Translations under genes and position numbers: made by a program | Notes under the pieces: generated by a model | Told to the model about the DNA's origin: nothing | Databases searched by the model: none | Seen by the model: the letters and a program-made list of their open reading frames with translations, nothing else | Shown here: piece after piece, positions 26,026 to 40,907 of the stretch | How positions within the stretch are numbered: the stretch's first letter is position 1 | How the letters are laid out: each line of letters opens with the position of its first letter | Source: Octopus sinensis | Lineage: Eukaryota | Assembly (NCBI RefSeq): GCF_006345805.1 | Contig: NC_042997.1 | Coordinates: forward strand, 119,040,001-119,104,000 | Direction of reading: 5' to 3' | Length of the DNA stretch: 64,000 nt

Positions 26026-26080
<55 letters not shown>

Positions 26081-26218
26081 CATACACACACATATTTATA
26101 ACAGAAAAAATATAGAAGCATATTCACTATGGGTTCGCCAAAAACAACACATTCCACATTCACATGACACGTTCTACATAAGAATACATCAACAAAGACA
26201 AACAAAGACATATATATA

Positions 26219-26264
<46 letters not shown>

Positions 26265-26574
26265 GTACTAATAATCATCCCCAACAATATTAATTACAAA
26301 ATGCTGGTTCTATGAGAAAAGGATTAGAGGAGAATGTTACAGTATTTATCCGAAAAATTTGCAGAAAGCTCTCTTGTTAATAACATATACGGAAGCTAAA
26401 CTTGTTCGCGTTTCTTTTGTAACAGCATGGGTTTAACAAATTTAAAAATATACAATGTAGTAATGTCAATGTTATGCCCGCTATAAACCTGTGAACTGTG
26501 ACACTTCACAAAATGTTGCATAATTAGGTATCGAAAAATATTGCTTTACGAATATTACTGACTATTACTCTTTG

Positions 26575-26863
26575 CTCATTTACTCTCTTTTACTCTTCTT
26601 TACTTGTTTCCGTAAATTTAGTCGAGCAAATCGACCCCAGGACTTATCCTATCGGTCTATTTTGCCGAACCGCTAAGTTACAGGGACGCAAACACACCAG
26701 CATCGGTTGTCAAGCGATGTGGGGGGGGGGGCAAACACAACCATATACACACACATACATATATATATATATATTATATATATATATATATATATATGTA
26801 TATACATATATATATATATACGTATATATATATTATATATATAGTATATATATATATATATAT

Positions 26864-26913
<50 letters not shown>

Positions 26914-27078
26914 TTATACGACGGGCTTCTTTCAGTTCTGTCTACCAAATCCACTTACAAGGCTTTGGTCGACCCTAGGCTATAGTAGAAGACTGTTACC
27001 CAAGTTTCCACGCAGTGGGGATGAACCCAGAACCATGTGGTTCGTAAACAAGCTACTTACTACACAGCCACTCCTGCA
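26575..27078 (-). mobile_element. SINE family B with expanded internal (TA)n
   Basis: Both halves match family B. Confidence 0.85.
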
Positions 27079-27397
27079 CCTGTATAAAAAGTATTGCCAT
27101 ACAATTATCCTTGTACTAATGGTCTGAGTTTTGTTGATAAATTCAAAATGTAGTTCACAGTTGCATTGCCTCGATTTCTGTAGCTTATGATATTTGGCCA
27201 AATCTTACATGTTACTAGAATACTGCAAAATCTGTCAGTTCCATGTTCATGATAAGCTGTCGTAAAATACCTCATTGTTGTAATTGTAGATGGAATGGAA
27301 TCCTATTATGTGTATTTGTTCATATCCCACAATGTAATTTCAATTTGATATGTATTTCCATGATTGTAGGTTAATTACAAAGGACTAATAAAATCAT

Positions 27398-27606
27398 GTT
27401 ATTCTTTTCTACTCTTGGCACAAGGCCCGAAATTTGGGGGGAGTGGGCCTGTCGATGGGATCGACCCCAGTACGCAACTTTATCGACCCCGAAAGGATGA
27501 AAAGCAAATTCGACCTCGGCAGACTTTGAACTCAGAACATGAAAAAACAGACGAGATACCGCTAAGCATTTCGCCCGGGGTGCTAACAATTCTGCCAGTT
27601 CACCGT
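27398..27606 (-). mobile_element. SINE family A, variant tail
   Basis: Reverse match to the family A head and core. Confidence 0.8.
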
Positions 27607-30600
27607 CCGAATATTACCCAAACAATGTGGAGCAAGCAAAAGATATACAGTCTCTTCAGTATCACTCCATAAGTTTAATAGTATCTTGCTTTATATAACG
27701 TCAAAATTGTCTTTGTCGGTTCATTATGCAATTCATAATAACAAATATTTTTAAATAATACACAATAAGACAAAGAATCGGTGTCAGCTCTATTAGAAAT
27801 TTTAGTACGTTATTATTTATGACCGGAACAAGGCATTAAAACTCTAAGGCACTACAAAAAGCAAACTTCAAATCACAAATGACACTGGTGACTGCAACGG
27901 TGTATGAATATATTTGTGTATGTGTGATGTAAAATCCTGGTCATCCTATCAAACGACGGTCTTTGATCTTCGTATTTAGATTTAAAGAGATTTCAAAGGT
28001 GCTTTTTGTTAATTTGTAATGGCTTTCATCTATTAAAAGGTTCTTTGATAGTCCACCCTTATTGACGCACGACAGTGTGCTCTATTTCTATGTTATTTTT
28101 ATTAGTATGTCTCTTCATGCATCGAGCTGGTATTCCTGCGGGTAACCTTATGTGTAAAATCGATGATATCCGTCCTTTAGATTTGTTGTAAATATTGCCG
28201 GTCATGGAAGAAGAAGCAGTGTTCAAAGACGTTTAGGGCTCTGGAGATATTCATCCTGATGCTGTTAATATTCTGTTGAAACCTATGCAAGTAGACTCTG
28301 ACAAAGAAAAGCTGAGCAGGAGATACCAGGGGTATCGAAGTTCCGTGGGAAATGGCTATGATATTCGGATAGTGTGGAGTTTGGCGTGGTTGGGAACAAG
28401 AATGGTGATGTTAGGATCTGAGGTGAGGGATTCGGGATTACTATAGCGGAAGTGGTACAGGAAGGGGACACCATTATAATCGTGGTAGAAAAAGCAGATA
28501 ATGACAACAATAAACATGCAGGAAAGAGGCTATTGTTGGTATATAAAGGAGATGGTGTGCCTATAATTTTCATTCGACGTATGTGAAAAGATAAATATAA
28601 AATTGCTTCTCTTTTATTAATAAAAGACTGTTTAATTTCTATGATGTATTGTGAAATAAAGCCATATAACAATGCATTACGTAGATTAAATATATTCTTT
28701 TACTATTTAAAAGAAAAACGCTAGAAATAATAAATTAACTAACTTATCATCAAACAATTCCACGAACAATAGAATAGAAATATGAGATGGTCGTGTGAAA
28801 TAAAAATTATGAGATGGTCGGGTGAGAGAAAAAAAACTTTTGAAACTTTCCAATTTCTATATTAGATTTATTTAATGAAACCACATATCATGTAATGATT
28901 ACTAGTGCGACCTTTCAAAGAACTTGGGAAAAGTATAATTCTGTAAAGCAGTTGGAGTAAATATCAAATCGTTTTGGGGGATTCAATTTATTACGCTATT
29001 ATGATTCCTGAACCAATTTCAAAAGGATGGGTTGAAGAATACAAAATCATGAATTTTAATATCAGTTTCATAATATACAATTTAATATATATTTGATGAA
29101 AATATATCAAAGCCTATTTATGGAATATCATAGATTTCATCGCGCCTGCTTTAGATTGAATAGTCGTTGTTGAAAACTCCAGAAATATTCCCTCAGCTTA
29201 TAGAAAAATGGGGACCATTCAAGCCTTTCAAACTGATCAATATCTGAGAAAAATTCTTTGATTCATGCCCCATTCTGAATTATTTAATAATGATCATGGT
29301 TCTCCGATATTGTTTTAAATTATTATATTGATTTTAAAGTATAATAGATACTTTAGGTTTCGTTATTCCATAATCTAATATTTCAATGAAATAAAAAAAA
29401 ATTATATTGGATTTCTTTGAATATCCATATTATCTTTGTTAATGGATTGAAAAAACGTTATTGAAATATATAACTTCGTATATCTATCACTAATCTGAAA
29501 TTGAAATCCACGCATTTCCCTTTATGAAGTAAACTTAAAACCGGTTCTCTCAGATGAAAATCTCGCTTAGAGAAACCAACCGCATCCCCTAAAATTAAAC
29601 TCTGGGTATCAATTTTTCAATGATTATTATTAACATGCATTTGCAAAGTTCCGTTGGAAAACCCTGGTGATGATTAATAAAAGGCACTGAATAATCTGTA
29701 GATTCTGCTTTGATGTTCGAGCATTTCGAGAAAAGATATTCAGTCAAACATAGAAGTATCTTTATCTTTATCTCACATTATCATTTCTTTTTTTTTTTTT
29801 TTTTGGTCACCATATTTTACAGTTAATATGGTAAGACATATTTGGTATCACGAAATAATCTCCCAATGCCGTCGGTATTTCTACATGAAATGTCGATGTT
29901 TAATATAATTTTATTATATCGGAAATATTAATAATATATTTATGCCTGTGATGATTTCAGCGTATACTGAGTATAAGCATTACAAAAATAATATCTGTCT
30001 TTTGATTTCACAATCTGTTCTGCGGGTTCTTCTCGAGCTTAAACCGACAGTATTTCCAACCGTGAGCCGAACTCACAACAGAATATTTTCGAATGAATAA
30101 TATGAATGAATATTTTATTGAGCCAACTAAACATTTCAGATGTTCAGAAAGAAAATAATTATTCTGTTTGAAACCTCCTCATAAGGTATTAAATCTCATC
30201 AATAGAAATCTCTAGCTTTGTGTTTGACACAATCGAGAATTTTCTAAAGGATGCAATAAATTATCCCCGACATTCGGTTTTAGAAGACGTCGCATATAAA
30301 TGAATTAACCTGTCGAGTTCAACCTCAAACCAGGATCAGCTAACACTCTGCATCTAACAAGCACGGAAGGTTAACATCAGAATACCAAATCAATAAAAAT
30401 ATGGACACTCAGGTAGGAATGGAGAAGACACAATAAAAGATCCGTTATGCATATTGGTTGACCTGCAAAAACAAACAAACATAAAACAAAGGAAAGAAAC
30501 ACTCAAATCATCTCAAAAGCAAACCGTTGCGTTTTCTGAAAATTCAATAAGTGATACACGGGAAGCTCGGATAAACGCAACACCTTGAAACAAACGTCTG

Positions 30601-30843
30601 CTTGATTAAGTCTCAGACGAGGTTAAATAGCAAACTGCAATAATCATTGTGGATGAAGGAAATATAGCTGACGTGTTTTATTTCGATCCGAAATATTCTT
30701 AATGTGTTTAATATTAGCTTTTAATGACATCAGTATTTTAGTTAAACTTTTTGACTGTTATTACTTTACCTTAAGAAGTTAGAAAAATCTCACTATTATA
30801 TGATGGGAAACAACAGTGGTGTTCACTGTTCCAGAGAGAGTGA

Positions 30844-30885
<42 letters not shown>

Positions 30886-30937
30886 GTGAGAGTGAGAGAG
30901 AGAGAGAAAGGAAGAGAGAGGAACAATCATATGCCCA

Positions 30938-31033
30938 CAGGCATATGACGTAGTGGTTAAGAGCGCGGGCTACTAACCCCAAGATTCTGAGTTCGATTCC
31001 AAGCAGTGACCTGAATAACAACAACAACAACAC

Positions 31034-31083
<50 letters not shown>

Positions 31084-31226
31084 TCAGAAAATACCTTAGG
31101 AATGAGAACCCAGGTTCGAAATTTCTCCAAGACACCTGAAGAAGGCTGTGGAGGGTATATCAGCCGAAACGTTGTCTTAACAACAAACGCGATGAGGACA
31201 AATATCCGTCAAATGTAAATAATGAA
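30938..31226 (+). mobile_element. Composite element (family E): tRNA-like Pol III head, (AAC/AAT)n linker, HHR-bearing tail
   Basis: A box gacgtagtggttaag, anticodon-like arm gggctactaaccc, B box gagttcgattcc (30989-31000), simple-repeat linker, HHR at 31131-31178. Confidence 0.7.
31131..31178 (+). ncRNA. Minimal type I hammerhead ribozyme motif (PLE type)
   Basis: gacac CTGAAGA a GGCTG..CAGCC GAA ACGT T gtctt: 5-bp stem II, loopless palindromic stem III, stem I with one mismatch. Confidence 0.7.
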
Positions 31227-31834
31227 TCCTTATTGGTTTTGAAAATGATGCTGATCAATAGAAGCTAAAACTGGTTCCGATGCGTAGTTTAAGATGAAAA
31301 CTCGTGCTAGTAATCAGTTGAAATGTAGACGAAAATGATTTAGCTGAAAAGTGTTAGTTAACAATCTTTAGTTTCATACAAATTAGTTAATTCAAAAAAG
31401 AGACAAGCATCTTCGATGCTAACTCAGTTAAGAAAGATCTATAGCTGTATGTTGTCTTTTCAGGCGCCTGTACTTAATATTTCGCAGCAATCTGAACGTA
31501 AACTTAAACGGTTGCGCAATAAAGCGATACGAAATCGTCTGTCCCACATCGTGAAATGCTTATTATTCTGTCTGGAACTACGATCTGTCTATATAGATTT
31601 TGAGTAAAATTTCCCATGTCATTTTAATGCAACTATCACAAAAGCAATTAACTATGACTTAGAAACGGTCGATAACATTTTTTCTCCAAATTCTTTTAAA
31701 GACTGATTGAGAAGAAAATGGCAGCTTCATAACCCATTCCATTCTCCCCCAAGTGGAAAAGTGTCATTATTTCTCAGAGGAGACCAGGCTCAAATGTGTG
31801 AATATACAAAAAAACATACACATATTTAGATACG

Positions 31835-31922
<88 letters not shown>

Positions 31923-32094
31923 TGTGTGTATAAAATAAAGTAATCACATAAACACAAATGCCTTTTAAAATTTACGACAGCTTTTTTGGCCGAGCATTTT
32001 AGGTGACCTGCGACTTGATGTTCCTTTTAACAAAATCATACATATATACATGCACCAAAGCTTAAACGATGTGAACATCTAAATTGTAGAACAT

Positions 32095-32270
32095 GTCCCA
32101 ATTTGTTAGAAGGCTCGAAATTCCTATTCCAACTAGGAGAGAGGTTCACAAATAAAGTCAACTTCACTTGTGCTTCCGGGAATTTCATTTATGTTATAAA
32201 CTGTTCAGGTTGTGGACATAACTATACTGCACAGACAAGTATGACACTTAAACGGAGAACAAATCTGCCT
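32095..32270 (+). mobile_element. PLE GIY-YIG fragment
   Basis: CPNLLEGSKFLFQLGERF..NFTCASGNFIYVINCSGCGHNY, homologous to the 43706 ORF. Confidence 0.8.
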
Positions 32271-32464
32271 CTCACCGTACACATATATTCCTTTCAGTGA
32301 ATACATACAGTGAAAGCATGCAGGGGAAAAATGCTTCAATAGAACCTTGTGTCAAGAAACATGGTTTCCAGAAAGGGCAGGTTTCACATTAATAAACTAT
32401 TCTAAAAATTATACTTACTCAATATTATAAATACTATAGAAGTATATAATACAATAATATATAT

Positions 32465-32527
<63 letters not shown>

Positions 32528-32714
32528 GTATGCATATATATATATATATGTATGCATATATATTTATATATATATCTATATATATATAAATATAAATATA
32601 AATAAATAAATATATATATATGCATGTATATAAATATAAATATACATAAAAATAAATACATAAATATATATATGTGTGTGTGTGTGTGGTACATATGTAT
32701 ATAAATGATATAAA

Positions 32715-33128
32715 TGCGGCGAGCAGGCAGAGACGTTAGCGCGTCTGGCGAAATGTTTGACGGTATTTAGTCTGCCGTTACGTTCTGAGTTCAAATTCCG
32801 CCGAGGTAGACTTTGCCTTTCATCCTTTCGGGGTCGATTAAATAAGTAGCAGTTACGCACTGGGGTCGATATAATCGACTTAATCCGTTTGTCTGTCCTG
32901 GTTTGTCCTCTCTGTGTTTAGCCCCTTGTGGGTAGTAAAGAAATATGTATTTCGTCTGCCGCTACTTTCCGAGTTCAAATTCGGCCGAGGTCGACTTTGC
33001 CTTTCTTCCTTTCGGGGTCGATTAAATAAGTACCAGTTACGCATTGGGGTCGATAAAATCGACTTAATCCGTATGTCTATCCGTTTTTATTCCCTCTGTG
33101 TGTAGCCCTTGTGGGCAATAAAGAAATA
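32715..33128 (+). mobile_element. SINE family A head-to-tail dimer
   Basis: Full monomer followed by a second unit beginning at tatttcgtctgcc. Confidence 0.9.
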
Positions 33129-33405
33129 AGAAATATATAATACAAGTATAAATGTATACATGTGTATATCATGCCGACTGAATTTCTATTCTTACTGTTA
33201 ATGTTCGTTTTGACTTTGGTTGAAGGAAAGTAAACATGATTTCTCTTTAATATCGTAGCTTCTAAATTTGATATATCAGCATATTTTCTCGTTCTTAAAT
33301 ATCCTTTGCTTCACACTTTCTCCCATTTTAAGTCCAGGGAATATTACATTTTACTGTATTCGTAGAAGAGTCATTTCTACAAGTGAGTATTATATATGTA
33401 GGTGT

Positions 33406-33482
<77 letters not shown>

Positions 33483-33573
33483 GTGTGTGTGTGTATGTGC
33501 ACGTGGATTTGTATATATGGTACTTGAGTAGAAGTATGTGTGAAGCACTATGCGTATACATACATACATACAT

Positions 33574-33633
<60 letters not shown>

Positions 33634-34027
33634 CTGTGTGTGTGTGTTTGGCCATATAAAAAGACATTATGATTGTTTGTGCAAGACGACACATTTGTAA
33701 GAAATTAGTTTTGTAGAGCGAAATATATCCATTTCCTGACTAATGTTTTATTTACTCCAGGAATGAGAAAAGCAAAAGAATTTATCAGACAATTTGGAAT
33801 CACTGAATGCCTGTAATATAACACACAATGGCGTTTTACTTGTTTTACTTATGCATAAAAAGAAAGTCCTATGCATATGTGTAAAAAGAATATTCTGCTG
33901 TATGATATTAATATAAAGAGATATAGGATTTGTGTTTGGAATGAGAACAAAAGTCATAAATTTTTTACTGACCTGTTAATATTCCTACATTAACTTATAT
34001 AGTCCTATATATTCATGTAACATAATA

Positions 34028-34590
34028 GAAGGGCGGCGAGCTGGCAGAAACGTTAGCACGCCGGGGGAAATTCCGCCGAGGTCGACTTTGCCTTTCATCC
34101 TTTCGAGGTCGAGAAATTAAGTACCAGTTACGCACTGGGGTCGATATAATCGACTTAATACCTATGTTTGTCCTTGTTTGTCCCCTCTATGTTTAGCCCC
34201 TTGTGGGTAATAAAGAAATAGGTGTTTCGTCTGCAGCTACGTTCTGAGTTCAAATTCCGACGATGTCGACTTTGCCTTTCATCCTTTCGGTGTCGTTTAA
34301 ATTAAGTACCAGTTACGCACTGGGGTCGGTGCAATCGACTTTATCTCTTTGTATGTTCTTGTTTGTCCCCTCTATGTTTAACCCCTTGTGGGCAATAAAG
34401 AAATAGGAATTGTTGTACGCCGGAAAAATGCTTATCAGCATTTTTATCAGTCTTTACGTTCAAATCCTGACGTGGTCGACTTTGCCTTTCATCATTTCGA
34501 GGTTGATAAAATAATTACAATTTGAATAGTGGCGTCGATGTAATCGATATACCCTCGGCACTGAAATTTGTGGGATTGAGTCAAGATCTG
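34028..34590 (+). mobile_element. SINE family A trimer
   Basis: Three consecutive cores; same unit-1/unit-2 junction as the 32715 dimer. Confidence 0.85.
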
Positions 34591-35357
34591 AAACCAATAT
34601 AATAGAGCCTGATATTCCTAGCTTTTTCTGTTATTGAACTGGTAATGTATCACGAAGTGTTAACACGTGACGCTACTAAAAGAAATGTACCAATCACGAC
34701 CTAATTGGGATTCTTTAATGTTGGTTCGCTTGCAGTCGCACATATATTAAATGATACAGTAATTATCAATAACTGTCCAGAGTAATTCAATTATTAGTGT
34801 AGACTTGCCAGGTCGGCTTCCAACTAATTAATTTATTTACAGGCTTTATGGCTTATAAGTCAATTATACTGGAGCAAAATACCAAATCTCTACTACAGAA
34901 CGGTTTGTTCTGGATAACGATTGATATATAAACAACGTGATTTGGAGAAAATATTACAGTCTAAGAGAAAGAATCCCAGTAAGTTGTCATAATGAAAACA
35001 CGTAATATCTAGGTGTAATAATGCACACGTTTGAAAGATAAATTACTTGTGAAAAATACATACATATATACACAGGTTATTTATTTCTTGAATTTAATTG
35101 TTTATCGAAACGGTTGTACATAGGGTAAATGCGTTTGAAAGTTGTGGTTTCTTTGGTTTGTTTGTTCCCAAGCAACACTTATTTTAGTGCTGGTGACAAG
35201 GCCGGATTGAATGGTACTGCCCAGGTGTCGAAACCATATATCCGTGGAGGTATGTTGCATTGTTGGTATGGCTGTGGAATATTATTATAACACATCCTTT
35301 TGATCCATACATAGATACATACACACACAAACGCACGCACACACACGCAGACATATT

Positions 35358-35407
<50 letters not shown>

Positions 35408-35769
35408 TATACCTTAGTAGCTTCTAAGCTGAAGTGAAGGAAGCATGTTTTTGTCTATCTCCTTAACTTCCTGGAGATTTTAGGTAAAATTATACTAAGG
35501 TGTCCATCTGCTTTAATTTAACTAAATTCTATGTATTATGCAGCTGAGGATTGCTCTGCATTTAAATTGATGTAATGGTTGCATTGTTCAATTAAATGGT
35601 GTAGCGTGAAACGATCATAGTGCATTACTTCTGTATAGACTTGTTGCTTATTTTGATATATATATATACACTTTCAAATTTATGGACAAAATTAAAAAAA
35701 AATTATCAGTGGCTAGCATATCGAAAATACCTTTACACGTGACGTTATATATACATACATGAATTTACA

Positions 35770-35916
<147 letters not shown>

Positions 35917-36491
35917 GCGTTTGAAGTGGTGTACAGATATTGTATATATAGAAAAATTGAGGCAGCCCGAATTTTTATTAGTGTTTCGTTCGTTCAATTA
36001 AACTCTTCATAATATAATTCGCAGAAAATCTTTTAACACCTTATGTATAAATCGAAAAGAGGGTGTTGTTTTATTGTTTAAACGATCAGATAAAAAGAAA
36101 GAGGGAGTAGGGGAGAGGAGAGGAGAGATGGAGGAAAACAGAGACAAGAAATTACGTTTCTTGCCATGGTTTTGGCCAAATGGCTTTCAAAATGCGAATT
36201 TTATTTTATGGAGTAAGTGCGAAAGTGAGAAAGAAATGAAGGTGGATAAGAAAGAGAAAGAGAAGAAAAAGGGAGAAGAGACAGAGAGAAAGAGAGAAAG
36301 TGGCTGCTTTTCAATTATATTGTATCGATGTGTTCAAATTGTTGGCATTTAATTAGAATGCAAGATGTCATTCTTGATACCTCCTTTGTTTTCGAAGGCT
36401 GTGTTTTACTTTCTCTCTCACTTCCTCTCTCTCCCTCTTCATCTTTCTCTTATCACACGCACACACGCACACAAACACACACACACACATG

Positions 36492-36571
<80 letters not shown>

Positions 36572-36572
<1 letters not shown>

Positions 36573-36765
36573 GGCGTATGTGTTCCCCAGCTGGAGGAGA
36601 CGCCAGTCCATCGCAGCGTTACTCATTTTTGCCACCTGAGTGAACTGGAGCAACGTGAAATGAATTGCTTTGCTCAAGAGCACAGCGCGTCGCCCAGTCC
36701 AGGAATCGAAACCACAATCTTACGATCATGGTGCTGACACCCTGACCACTAAACCACGCGCCTCC
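36572..36765 (-). mobile_element. SINE family C, 3'-truncated
   Basis: Matches 17221-17480. Confidence 0.85.
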
Positions 36766-36819
<54 letters not shown>

Positions 36820-38429
36820 CATATATATTCGCTGCTTTCTCGAATAGGAGGAAAGCTATTGTAGAAGGAATCACTGAAATGTATCATTTGCTCATTTCAT
36901 TGCATAATGCACAGCTGTGCTGGCAGACAGAAGATACCGGTGCCTTAGTATGGACTCTTTTGACATGCCTTTTCAATCCTCCAACTGAAAGGCACATCTA
37001 TCCACAGGTTGCACATATTCTGTTTTGAACGATAGCCATATCACAATTTACAACGGCTTGATTCCTGTGAGTTCTCTGATGGCTGACCAGGCCTTCACTT
37101 ATATATTAATGATGTACACAAATTCATGACAGGTAATCATAATACTGAAATACCATAAAGTAAACACATGCAGACAAATATATTAATATTACAAATTTTA
37201 AAAATTAATAAAAACATACAATGTATGAAAAACAAAAGAAACAGTTAAACGATACATGCTGATTTTATTGGGTATTTCTCTTTCTTTAGAAACCTACAGT
37301 GAAGCGGTCATTTCACAGACGCTAAACTACAAATTTTACAGGGTACAACCTTAAAGTTGACACCGCTCCACTAACCGCAGAAAATTTCTGTCTCGCTACT
37401 GATTATAAATACACAGATTTTCCGAGTTTGAATCCTCTGGAACTTTTTCCTCCATTTTTTTCTCCACAGCATCATACCTTCATAGCAATTGGACTGGAAA
37501 ACTTTATTATTATACCCGATTTTCTGATTTGTCTGCGAATGAAAAACAACTTAGATCCCATTTTATGCCGAATTATGCACTTTCTACGCTTCATTCATCT
37601 CCACGTTCTGACCTTCTCGTGGTGTAGCAATTCTAGCACTACATTTTCTTAAGTCCTAATCTCAAATTTCCCCTTTTATTAAATTTCAAATTTTACCTTG
37701 TTTACTAAACAAGTTCATTTTATTTTTTCAGGAAATCAGAATCAATAAAATATGTTATTGTCAAATACTGGGATTAGTTACACCCCACTCAAAGAACGTA
37801 CAAAGTTTTCACCTACTCACAATTTTTTGGACTCGAAGTTACGACTTTTCTTACATAGATATATATGGCTTTTGTTTTTTTTTCTTTTACAAACTGCTTC
37901 TCATTTACAGTATTTTGCAACTATCCTTTGCATTGATGTAGTGGGGGTAAATAGACTCTATTTACCAAAAGGATATTTATATCTTATCAGTCTTTCATAC
38001 AAGTCCACAAATAAACAAATCTATATACTCAAATATATTAGCTCGTCACTTTTAAAACTACACCTTAATGATTCTCTTGAATTCATTAGAACAGGCAGAA
38101 TATGAAGAATAACATAAGCTGAAGTTCAGCGATAATGATTTAATTAACCACACAAAGCCATTTTGTGATACGGCAGGGCAGAGATGACTGAATCACTTGT
38201 GCTTCTTGTCCTAATTTAGAGAAGATGACGGACACGAAAAGCAACACTTCCTTATTTTCTACAAGTTCATTCTTTCTAAGCCATCTCTTGCTCATCTCAT
38301 GCTTCATTTTCTATCTTGCAAATTCCAAACAACACCCTCTTCCTCCATCCATCCATCTCGGCCTTGTGCCTCGCCTCTCTCTCCCAATCAACAGCTGAAA
38401 TTCCTGTCTGTGTCAGAGCAAATCTGAAG

Positions 38430-38730
38430 TACCCCCACGTCACTGATGGTCATATTTCAATTGATTCCAAGAATGTTCCTTTGAAAATATTGATGATAGC
38501 ATTCCAAATGCCTTAAATGCCTACGATAAGAAACAAACGTCTCACTTCCATATACCAAAGATGGCAGGTCACGTGTTATAAAGCCTAACATTTCTTTGGA
38601 AAGATATACAATGACGTAACTAGAGACACATGTTAAGCCTACAAAAGGCACTGCTAGCCTTGCTGACTCTATAAGAAATTTTATCATCAAGACCAGCAGT
38701 GCTCAAAGGACTTCCTCAATAAAATGAATA
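38430..38730 (-). mobile_element. RTE-clade LINE RT C-terminal fragment
   Basis: LDDKISYRVSKASSAFCRL and LPSLVYGSETFVSYRRHLRHLECYHQYFQRNILGI. Confidence 0.75.
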
Positions 38731-38769
38731 TAGTTAAAACGTACAACCTTTGACTATATATATGTGTGT

Positions 38770-38942
38770 GTGTGTATATGACGGGCTTCTTTCACTTTCT
38801 GACTACCAAATTCACTCACAAGGCTTTGGTCGGCCGAAGTCTGAAGCAGAAGGCACTTGATCAAGTTGCCACGCACTGAGAGTAAACCTGGAAGAATGTT
38901 GTTGGGAAGCAAGTATCTTACCACACAGACACTCCTGCGCCT
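38770..38942 (-). mobile_element. SINE family B, 5' half
   Basis: Reverse match to the family B head. Confidence 0.75.
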
Positions 38943-38995
38943 ATATATATATGTGAGTGTATGTATATATGTGTTTGTGTTTGTGTTTGTGTGTG

Positions 38996-39092
<97 letters not shown>

Positions 39093-40634
39093 ATGTATGT
39101 GTGTGTGTGTTATATGCACACATATTTATATTTGTTCACATATATATACGAGCGTGTGGCTTTATTTCTGAGTGTACATGTATAATACACTTGCGAATCA
39201 ATCAATATCACAACTGCTTACCATTATATCATTTCGTAGTAGCCTAAGAAAGAATATTCCTTACACGGCACTTGTATCCTTGAAATGATTTCAATTAATT
39301 TATATACCACTATTAAGCTAATTGTTTTGTTCTTCATTGCAAGAATAATTATATGGAATTAGAGTATAGGCCCTCGGGCAGGGGACATGTTATCAGCGAT
39401 TCTACTACTTTTGCTGACTGTTAATATTTGAAGATTAATACAAGCCTAGGTTTCAACTTACCTTCTCCGGTTTTAAACTGCTTATCAGCTTTCTTATTAC
39501 TAATGCTTACTGAAGCATTAATACTTACAGGAATAAGCTATGCTAATTCCATTCCTAGTGTAGGCTACCTATAATTTTTAAGCGCTGTAGGATTTGTCAG
39601 TCTAAAAATCCTTTGCTCTTATAGGTAGTACAGTGTTAGTTACTAGAAATTTTGTTATTACTTCTAGAATGTGGTACTTATCTATGTAGCGCTCAATGTG
39701 GTAAAGAAGTGACATGTTAGATGATGCCATATAGTGCTTTGATCATGTGGTATTTTGTATCATTAACGGCTAGGTCCAAAATAAAATCTTCCTAAACTGT
39801 GTTTGCGTAGCCTTCTTCTGTAACGAATTTCTGTAACCACAATATATCACTGATATTGTCATATGTGGTACTGTGGAAAGATCTCTTTTTTCTTACTTTC
39901 TGAGATATCATCCGAGTCAGGAAGAATTATAATATTGAACATGATTTTTAAATACCACATTGAATTATATATAACAAGACAGTGAGTCAGTTTCCATGCT
40001 GGTATGGGTTGGACGCTTAGACTAGGCCTGGTAAAGCGAGGGTCTGCAGTCTGATTTGGTGTACTTTCTACGGCTGAAATATCTCTCCTAACACCAACTA
40101 CTCAGAGATTAAAATAGGTGCTTTTACGTGCCAGTTGCGTGACACCAGTCTTTGATCTTATATGGAGTGAATTTCGGTGGCAACTTTAAGCCATGCATTT
40201 CATCCGTATCTAGCTGTACTAGCTGTACATATATTCCAGAGGGGTAATTATTGTTGCTTTTGTTGTTTTTGTTTGTGGTGCCATTGTTTTGCGTTGTCCA
40301 GGCGCCGAAGTCCTGTGGTAATTAACATTCCGACATAACAATCCCGTCGATGTTGCTTGTGTATATGTGTTCATTCATACCATGTAGGGATCATTGTTGT
40401 TAATGTTTTATCCTCTTTAGTTTGTTGTTACAGGCATGGTTTACTCGGGGGTATACTTGTTGCAATTGTATCATGAATCTGCTCATTCGTGTTATGTAGT
40501 CGTCTTTTTTAGTTCATACAGTGGGATCAGGTTTCGTTTCTGATACTGGTTGATTTTTGTGTATATTTTCTTTTTCATTCTCTGTAATTTATATTTTAGA
40601 TTTCTGGCTCGATGTTCTGTATATGTAAGTATGC

Positions 40635-40667
<33 letters not shown>

Positions 40668-40849
40668 CACCAGTCTACAATAATATATATATATCTACAT
40701 GTCTACGTGTATATATATATATATTATATATATATATATATAATATATATATACATACATATCTCTCTCTCTCTATATATATATATATAATATATACAAA
40801 TAAATATATATATATATATACATCTCTTTCTCTCTCTCTATATATATAT

Positions 40850-40907
<58 letters not shown>

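Noticed and set aside
30300-30464. Strong minus-strand acceptor (tttgtttgtttttgcag) at 30463
   Set aside because: No clear donor, so an exon cannot be delimited; it may belong to the candidate transcript.
30938-31010. tRNA-Ser-like gene
   Set aside because: No acceptor stem or variable arm; it is a SINE-type head. The same applies to the heads of families A-D.
39330-39930. Very decayed PLE-like ORF on the minus strand (EEGY, PEGL)
   Set aside because: Only 2-3 short motifs; too degenerate to support.
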